Part shown: piece after piece, positions 57,628-64,000 of the stretch | How positions within the stretch are numbered: position 1 is the first letter of the stretch | Layout: each line of letters begins with the position of its first letter | Assembly (NCBI GenBank): GCA_963790475.1 | Contig: CAWBOS010000010.1 | Span: forward strand, 1,440,001-1,504,000 | DNA: 64,000 nucleotides | Direction: 5' to 3' | Origin: an uncultured delta proteobacterium | GTDB lineage: Bacteria > Desulfobacterota > RBG-13-43-22 | The notes under the pieces: model-generated | What the model saw: only the letters and a program-made list of their open reading frames with translations | Databases searched by the model: none | What the model was told of the DNA's origin: nothing | Made by a program: the position numbers and the translations under genes

Positions 57628-57959
57628 GGAAAATCTATCCGGGAGTGATCAATAAGCTCTCCCATGGTATCATAAAAGGATAGTTCCATTCGTTTTCCAG
57701 CTCACCTGCCCAATCGTAGGTATCCCGGGAAATAATCATTAATTGTCTATAATGGGACAAATTTTGCATTATTATAGCCATTAAGACTTGTTTTCCCCGG
57801 TTAATCTTAACCTTCCAGGATTTCCTTTTTATCCGTAACCTGTTAAATTAATAGTAATTTAACCGTTAAATATACTGATGGCCTAATTGTTGCAACTGGG
57901 ACAATAGAAAGTAACTGGGAAAATGAGATTTTCCCTCTTTACCAGAAACAGGAGTAGCT

Positions 57960-58298
57960 ATGAGATATTTTAAGGATGACGTTCTTAGAGCGGATGAAGT
58001 ATCGAGATGGCTGAGAATTCCCAAATCGACCACTTATAAGCTTTGCCTGGAAGGTCAGATCACTGGGACAAAAATAGACAGACATTGGCGGTTTGACCAA
58101 AAAGATATTGAAGTTTGGTTCAAGAAAATAATTAATAATGAAATCAGGAGATTGGCTGATGACAACGAGTCGTTCATACGGGGTTTCTCCGACGGATTCA
58201 TATCCTATGTCGAAAACCCTGTTTATAATTCGAAACAAAGAAGAAATCGACATTACCGTTCAAGAAGTAAAACAAAAACAAAATCATCCAATGTCTGA
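57960..58298 (+). CDS. Excisionase-like HTH (HTH_17) protein; C-terminus possibly degenerate
   Basis: LRADEVSRWLRIPKSTTYKL...GTKIDRHWRF. Confidence 0.65.
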   Translation: MRYFKDDVLRADEVSRWLRIPKSTTYKLCLEGQITGTKIDRHWRFDQKDIEVWFKKIINNEIRRLADDNESFIRGFSDGFISYVENPVYNSKQRRNRHYRSRSKTKTKSSNV

Positions 58299-60189
58299 AA
58301 AACCTCTCTACAACAGTAGAATACTGAATACCTACATTGAATTTACTAAAATAAATTATCCCTATGTCAATATTCAGGATTTATTAAAATATGCCCAAGT
58401 GGAATCCTATCAGATAAGTGATGAAGGGCACTGGTTTACTCAAGAGCAACATGACCGATTTCATGAGAAACTGGTAGAGTTAACCGGAAATAAGGACATT
58501 GCCCGGGAAGTAGGGCGATACGCCGCCTCTTCCAAAGGAGCGGGATTACTTAAACAATATGCCCTTACCTGGATCGGCCCCTTAATGGCCTATTCCATGT
58601 TAGGTCATGTCACTTCCAAGTTTACAAGATCCTTCGTTTATCAGTCCAGAAAAGTTTCCCCCAATACCGTAGAGATCACCGTAACTCCTCAAGAAGGTGT
58701 TCAAGAAAAACTTTATCAGTGCGAAAACAGGTTGGGGATGTTCCAGGCCATCGTTGATATTTTTGATTATAAAATATCCCGGACAGATCATACTGAATGT
58801 ATTTTTAAGGGGGGAAAGGTCTGCCGCTATATTATTTCCTGGGAGGCCTCCCCTTCTTCCTTTTGGAAAAGAGTTAGAAATATCAGCGTGGTTCTTTCAT
58901 TACTGGCCGGAGGTGTTTTGATTCCTCTTTTCCCTTGGGATACCATCGTTATTCTTTCAATTCTTCTTGTTTTCATATCGTTAAGTTATGTTATTAATTT
59001 ATCGGAAAAGAAAGAGTTAAAAACCACCATAAATAATTTTAGGGTATTGGCAGAACAACAAATTGATCAAATTGATATCAACTATAAAAATGCTTTGATG
59101 ATCAATGAGATTGGACAGGCCATCAGTAAAAAGTTAAATATTAACGATATCCTGGAAAATATTATGCGCGCCCTGGAGATACGGCTGGATTATGACCGGG
59201 GAATGATCCTCCTGGCCAATCCGGAAAAAACTCGATTGATTTATTCTGCCGGTTATGGAGTAAACGAGGAACAACTGAAGGTCATTAGAACTACTTTTTT
59301 CCATTTGGATAACCCCGAATCCAAAGGGGTCTTTGTCCTTTGCTTTCATTCACAGAAACCTTTCCTGATTAACGATGTTGATCAACTACAAGGAAACATT
59401 TCAGAAAAAAGTTTCGAATTCCTTAGAGGGACCGGGAGCAAATCCTTTGTTTGTTGTCCTATCATTTACGAGAAAGACTCATTAGGGGTCCTGGTAGTCG
59501 ATAATATTGTAAAAAAGCGAGATTTGACTCAAACGGATATAAGCATAATGTTAGGAATCGCCCCTCAAATTGGGATCAGCATCAACAATGCCCTGTTGAT
59601 AGAGCAACAAAAAGCACAATTTAATTCAATTTTAAGAGTTCTGGCGGCCTCCATTGATGCCCGGGATCCGTTAACGGCCGGTCATTCCGAAAAGGTGACC
59701 GAATATTCGATTGGCATAGCCAAGGAATTGGGGTTTGGGGAAGATTATTGTGAGGTCATAGGAATAGCAGGGCTGCTCCACGATTATGGTAAGTTGGGCG
59801 TAAGGGATGATATTCTAAAAAAAGCCGGAAAGCTCACGACTGAAGAGTATTTAGAAATACAGTCTCATGCTTTAAAAACAAAATTGATTTTGGATCAGAT
59901 GAATTTCAGCGGTAATTATTCTGACATCCCCTTATTGGCAGGTTCCCATCATGAAAAGATGGACGGCAGCGGGTACCCCAATGGTTTGAAGGGAGATGAG
60001 ATTCCCTTGGGTGCCAGGATTATTGCTGTGGCCGATGTCTTTGAAGCCTTAACCGCTAAGCGACACTATCGAGATCCGATGAATATTGATGAAGCGATCA
60101 GGCATTTGAGAGAAGGGATCAACACTGCCTTCGACCAAAAAATTGTCGAAGCCTTCTTAAAATATTATCAAAAAGCTTATAACATATAA
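58291..60189 (+). CDS. Membrane-bound HD-GYP phosphodiesterase with V4R/HNOB-like N-domain and GAF
   Basis: CENR...HTEC...CRY, 2 TM helices, GAF; DARDPLTAGHS, LLHDYGK, HHEKMDGSGYP and VADVFEAL motifs. Confidence 0.88.
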   Translation: MSEKPLYNSRILNTYIEFTKINYPYVNIQDLLKYAQVESYQISDEGHWFTQEQHDRFHEKLVELTGNKDIAREVGRYAASSKGAGLLKQYALTWIGPLMAYSMLGHVTSKFTRSFVYQSRKVSPNTVEITVTPQEGVQEKLYQCENRLGMFQAIVDIFDYKISRTDHTECIFKGGKVCRYIISWEASPSSFWKRVRNISVVLSLLAGGVLIPLFPWDTIVILSILLVFISLSYVINLSEKKELKTTINNFRVLAEQQIDQIDINYKNALMINEIGQAISKKLNINDILENIMRALEIRLDYDRGMILLANPEKTRLIYSAGYGVNEEQLKVIRTTFFHLDNPESKGVFVLCFHSQKPFLINDVDQLQGNISEKSFEFLRGTGSKSFVCCPIIYEKDSLGVLVVDNIVKKRDLTQTDISIMLGIAPQIGISINNALLIEQQKAQFNSILRVLAASIDARDPLTAGHSEKVTEYSIGIAKELGFGEDYCEVIGIAGLLHDYGKLGVRDDILKKAGKLTTEEYLEIQSHALKTKLILDQMNFSGNYSDIPLLAGSHHEKMDGSGYPNGLKGDEIPLGARIIAVADVFEALTAKRHYRDPMNIDEAIRHLREGINTAFDQKIVEAFLKYYQKAYNI

Positions 60190-60228
60190 TCAATGAAAGA
60201 TCTCGCTGAATTTCCTGGGCCGTAGTCC

Positions 60229-60324
60229 CTGGATGAGATAGAAAAAAACAAGGGTATCCTCTATAATCCCGAGGTCGTGGATGCAGGTCTAAGGCTTTTC
60301 AGGGAGAAGGAGTATACGTTTTAG
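60229..60324 (+). pseudogene. C-terminal remnant of a second HD-GYP gene
   Basis: LDEIEKNKGILYNPEVVDAGLRLFREKEYTF* resembles the HD-GYP C-terminal helix; no start codon. Confidence 0.6.
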
Positions 60325-60397
60325 TTATAGATGCTTAGTCTAATAAAAGGGTATTCCGGAAATACCCCATGCCTACTGGAAATTGGAGAAATAAAAG

Positions 60398-61747
60398 ATG
60401 AAATCTGAGATTCAGACTGAAGAACAACTGATCCGGGAATTGGAAGATCTTCGTTGTAGGACTGCTGAACTCGAAAAATCAGAAGCCGATCGCAAACAGG
60501 CAGAGGAAGCACTGCGGGAATCGGAGGAGAAATATCGTTCCCTGGCATCAACTGAAGACTCCCTGTATTCCGTAGACAGGGAAGGCCGGTATCGGTTAAT
60601 GAACAAGGCCCACTTGTTGAGGCTTGGCCTGTCATTGGATAAGGTTATAGGCAGAATCTATGGGGAGTTCCATTCGCCAGAAGATACAAAACAGTTCTCT
60701 GATAAAGTTGAAGCGGTGTTCGCCACAGGCAATTCTTTCCAAACCGAACATAGAAGCGAAAGAGATAATAAATATTTCCTCCGGACATTTAGTCCGATTA
60801 AAGACTTACAGGGAAACATTACTGACATCACAGTTGTTTCCAAAGACATCACTGAGCGCAAGCAGGCGGAAGATGCCTTGTGGAAAAGCGAGGAGCGCTA
60901 TCGCGACATCCTGGATAGCATCGAAGAAGGATACTATGAGGTGGATATTGCCGGGAACCTCACCTTCTTCAATGATTCCTTGTGTGACTTGCTTGGGTAT
61001 TCCAGGGATGAGTTGATGGGCCTGAACAGCCGTCAGTACACAGACGAGGAGAACGCTGCTAAGCTCTACAAGGCCTTTAATGAAGTGTATCGAACAGGAA
61101 TCCCGGCAAAGAGTTTTGATTGGCAAGTGATCAGGAAAGATGGGACAACCGGATTTGGAGAGGTTTCCGTTTCGCTTATTCGGGATGGGAGGGGTAATAT
61201 CACAGGCTTTCGGGGGATCGCCAGGGACATCACCGATCGAAAAAAATTAGAAGAGGCCCTCAAAACCCTGTCTCTCAAAGATGACCTGACCGGCTTATAT
61301 AACCGCCGGGGATTCTTTGCTTTGGCCGAGCAGGGATTGAAGGCAGCCCAACGAAATGGAACAGAGGTTTTGCTCATTTATGGAGACTTGGATAATTTAA
61401 AAGGAATTAATGATACCCTCGGACATCAAGAAGGAGATCAGGTTTTAATTGATATATCCAACATTCTTAAAGAAACCTTTCGTGAGTCAGATGTCGTCGC
61501 CCGTATGGGGGGAGATGAATTTGTCATGCTGGCCATGAATTGTAATGAGGTTTCGGCGGAAAAGCTGATTATTCGCTTTGAGAAAGCCTTGAATGAGCAT
61601 GAGTCCCAAAGAAAACGCCCTTACCCACTTTCCATGAGCCTGGGTACTGCATGTTTTGACCCTCAGAAATCCTGTTCCATAGAGGACCTGCTTACCCAGG
61701 CGGACAAGATCATGTATGAGAATAAACAAAAAAGAAAAAGGAAGTGA
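60398..61747 (+). CDS. PAS-PAS diguanylate cyclase
   Basis: DDLTGLYNRR, INDTLGH, RESD I-site and GGDEF motifs. Confidence 0.92.
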   Translation: MKSEIQTEEQLIRELEDLRCRTAELEKSEADRKQAEEALRESEEKYRSLASTEDSLYSVDREGRYRLMNKAHLLRLGLSLDKVIGRIYGEFHSPEDTKQFSDKVEAVFATGNSFQTEHRSERDNKYFLRTFSPIKDLQGNITDITVVSKDITERKQAEDALWKSEERYRDILDSIEEGYYEVDIAGNLTFFNDSLCDLLGYSRDELMGLNSRQYTDEENAAKLYKAFNEVYRTGIPAKSFDWQVIRKDGTTGFGEVSVSLIRDGRGNITGFRGIARDITDRKKLEEALKTLSLKDDLTGLYNRRGFFALAEQGLKAAQRNGTEVLLIYGDLDNLKGINDTLGHQEGDQVLIDISNILKETFRESDVVARMGGDEFVMLAMNCNEVSAEKLIIRFEKALNEHESQRKRPYPLSMSLGTACFDPQKSCSIEDLLTQADKIMYENKQKRKRK

Positions 61748-62063
61748 GAAGGGGATGAAGAAAATCATGAAAACCCAATAAAAATCGAATTGAGGGGAAA
61801 CTTGAAAAGCAAAATTACTGAGATCCCAATTTCATACCCTACGCGGTCTAAGAATAGCTTGAGTAAAGGATCCGTACCCGTCGCTTTTGGCTCTTTGGCT
61901 GAAATTCCCGCTGTATCCTCCGGACACTTCAACGACGGGGATTCATCCTTATGAAAGTAATGAAAAAAGGCAAAAAGGGCAAAGACAAAATTATTTGTAA
62001 GCTTGTTGTAACAAGGGAAAACCTTTTGGGGATAATAAATTCTATAAAAAGTCCTTATAAAGA

Positions 62064-63818
62064 TTGATAGTTGAGAGAGAAAAAGTGGAAATTTATCCGT
62101 TGGCCCCCAAACTCATAGAAAATGCCCTAACCCGATTACAATCCCGAATTAAGGCCTTGGAGCAAGCAGAAGCCCGGCTTAATCAAGAATTAGAGGTATC
62201 TCAAAAGAAAGCAGCCCAATACTGGGCTTTCATAGAGAAGGCTAATGATATAATTTATGAAACAGATGCCAATGGGTATTTAACTTATGCCAATCCTGCT
62301 TCAGAAAGGATTGCCGGATACTCTAAAGAAGAACTCGCCGGTCACCAATATTTGGAATTGATACGGCCCGATTATCTGGAGAAAGCGGCTCGGACCTATG
62401 GTAAACAGTTTGTTTCAAAGATTCCAGATACCTATTTTGAATTACCCCTGATTGCTAAGGATGGACGGGAGGTTTGGGTTGGCCAGCATGTTCAGTTGCA
62501 GACGAAGGAAGACCAAGTTATAGGATTTCAAGCCATAGCTCGGGATATCACCGAGCGTAAGCAGGCGGAGGATGCATTTAAATATTCATTATCTTTACTC
62601 AGTGCCTCCCTGGAGTCCACTGCCGATGGTATCCTAATCGTAGGCAGGAACGCAAAGATTACACGTTGGAACCAGAAATTCGCCGAGATGTGGGAAATAC
62701 CAGCGGAAGTGCTCTCCAGCCAGGAGGATGAAAAGGCCTTAAGCCATGTCCTGAAGCAACTAACCGATCCGGAGCAGTTTGTTACCAAAGTCAGGGAATT
62801 GTATGCACAGCCTGAGAAATCCAGTTTCGATCAGATCGAGTTTGTGGATGGTAGGGTTTTTGAACGGTATTCCCAACCTCAAAGAATCGAAGATACTATT
62901 GTAGGCCGGGTATGGTCATTCCGTGACATCACCGAGCACCAGCGGGCTGAAGAGGCGCTTCGAGAAAGTGAAGAACGCTATCGGACTGCCATTGAACAAT
63001 CTAATGATGGCATTGCCTTGGTTAGAGGGGACCTACATATCTTTTCAAATAAAAAGATGGTTGAGATTTTTGGCTATGACAGTCCTGAAGAAATCATAGG
63101 GCAACCGGTTGCTCTGCTGATTCATCCTGATGACCGGGAGCGGGTAATCGATATTAACCGTCGAAGACAAATGGGGGAACCAGTACCCCAAAAATATGAA
63201 TTTAAAGGTCAACGGAAAGACGGGGAGCCCATTCATATTGAAGTCTCTGCCGCCAAGACGACTTATCAAGGAGAAGCTGTTTCCTTGGCCTATCTGAGGG
63301 ATATCACCGACCGTAAACTGGCCGAGGAGGCTCTCAAGACCTTATCCCTTAAAGATGAGCTGACCGGTCTCTATAACCGACGGGGTTTCTTTGCCCTGGC
63401 GGAACAGGGATTAAAGAATGCCCAACGGACGAAAACAGAAATGCTGCTCATTTTCGGAGATTTGGATAATTTGAAAGGAATTAATGATACCTTCGGCCAT
63501 AAAGAAGGTGATCAAGCCTTGGTGGATACTTCACAAATACTTAAAGAAACATTTCGGGAATCGGATATCATTGCTCGCATAGGGGGTGATGAATTTGTCA
63601 TTTTGGCCATGAACAGCTTTGAGACCTCGGCGGAAAAACTGATCCAACGCTTCAAGAAGGTCCTGAAAAACGATTATCGCCAAACAAAGCTCTCGTATAC
63701 CCTCTCCCTGAGCCTGGGCGTTGCTTTTTTTGATCCTCGAAACCCTTGTTCTATAGATGCCTTGCTGGCCCAGGCAGACAAATTGATGTATGAGAACAAA
63801 CCCCAAAACGGTAGATAG
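62064..63818 (+). CDS. PAS x3 diguanylate cyclase
   Basis: DELTGLYNRR, INDTFGH, RESD and GGDEF motifs; start uncertain. Confidence 0.9.
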   Translation: MIVEREKVEIYPLAPKLIENALTRLQSRIKALEQAEARLNQELEVSQKKAAQYWAFIEKANDIIYETDANGYLTYANPASERIAGYSKEELAGHQYLELIRPDYLEKAARTYGKQFVSKIPDTYFELPLIAKDGREVWVGQHVQLQTKEDQVIGFQAIARDITERKQAEDAFKYSLSLLSASLESTADGILIVGRNAKITRWNQKFAEMWEIPAEVLSSQEDEKALSHVLKQLTDPEQFVTKVRELYAQPEKSSFDQIEFVDGRVFERYSQPQRIEDTIVGRVWSFRDITEHQRAEEALRESEERYRTAIEQSNDGIALVRGDLHIFSNKKMVEIFGYDSPEEIIGQPVALLIHPDDRERVIDINRRRQMGEPVPQKYEFKGQRKDGEPIHIEVSAAKTTYQGEAVSLAYLRDITDRKLAEEALKTLSLKDELTGLYNRRGFFALAEQGLKNAQRTKTEMLLIFGDLDNLKGINDTFGHKEGDQALVDTSQILKETFRESDIIARIGGDEFVILAMNSFETSAEKLIQRFKKVLKNDYRQTKLSYTLSLSLGVAFFDPRNPCSIDALLAQADKLMYENKPQNGR

Positions 63819-64000
63819 GCTAAAGATTTTTGGCCACTGCTTTCTTTAAGCACATTTCGAAACGGTATTCGTTAATTTTCGAAGAGATCGCTTTAAAACA
63901 GTTGAAGTCGCCAAGGGGAAGGGTCTGCCTTTTCTTTCCCCTTTGTTTCCTTATAGCTGTAAAGTCCAGACCTGCTAAGGCCCGTTTTTCTCCTTGACCT

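Noticed and set aside
57646-57648. In-frame TGA upstream of the corrinoid fragment as Sec read-through
   Set aside because: Another TGA lies 7 codons further upstream and the translation shows no B12-binding motif
61868-61945. Stem CCCGTCG/CGACGGG between the two cyclase genes as a c-di-GMP riboswitch
   Set aside because: I could not find the GEMM GNRA/receptor architecture; a single stem is insufficient evidence
63820-64000. Open minus-strand frame at the window edge
   Set aside because: Short, with no recognisable motif and any start outside the window; a CDS cannot be supported

Overview
This window reads as a chromosomal segment of an anaerobic, selenocysteine-using Desulfobacterota (deltaproteobacterium)-like organism; the taxon is inferred from gene content. 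From left to right it holds: a glutaredoxin missed by the ORF track; gmd, three GT4 glycosyltransferases, a flippase and ppiD; an Hdr-Flx-type electron-bifurcation cluster; pyrR, lon and larC; about 16 kb of co-oriented accessory genes with several pseudogenes; a 3.6-kb IS1-family cargo transposon; a DUF362/polyferredoxin/aldo-keto-reductase cluster; a corrinoid methyltransferase module running into a PAS/histidine-kinase cascade; and c-di-GMP enzymes. Main observations: (1) three genes are split by in-frame TGA codons at conserved Cys positions, each followed by a SECIS-like hairpin, so they are probable selenoproteins (glutaredoxin UxxC, HdrA, HdrD-like). (2) The IS1-family element (39177-42792, perfect 19-bp TIRs, 8-bp TSD) carries three passenger genes and, upstream of its transposase, a structured leader ending in a 69-nt tRNA-like module with a G3:U70 acceptor stem and a T-arm but no D-stem or anticodon arm. 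(3) A methyltransferase/RACo module is tightly linked to a split sensor-kinase cascade. (4) Many intergenic spacers hold inverted 7/8/9-mer micro-repeat arrays and MITEs. All assignments come from motif recognition by eye; no searches were run.
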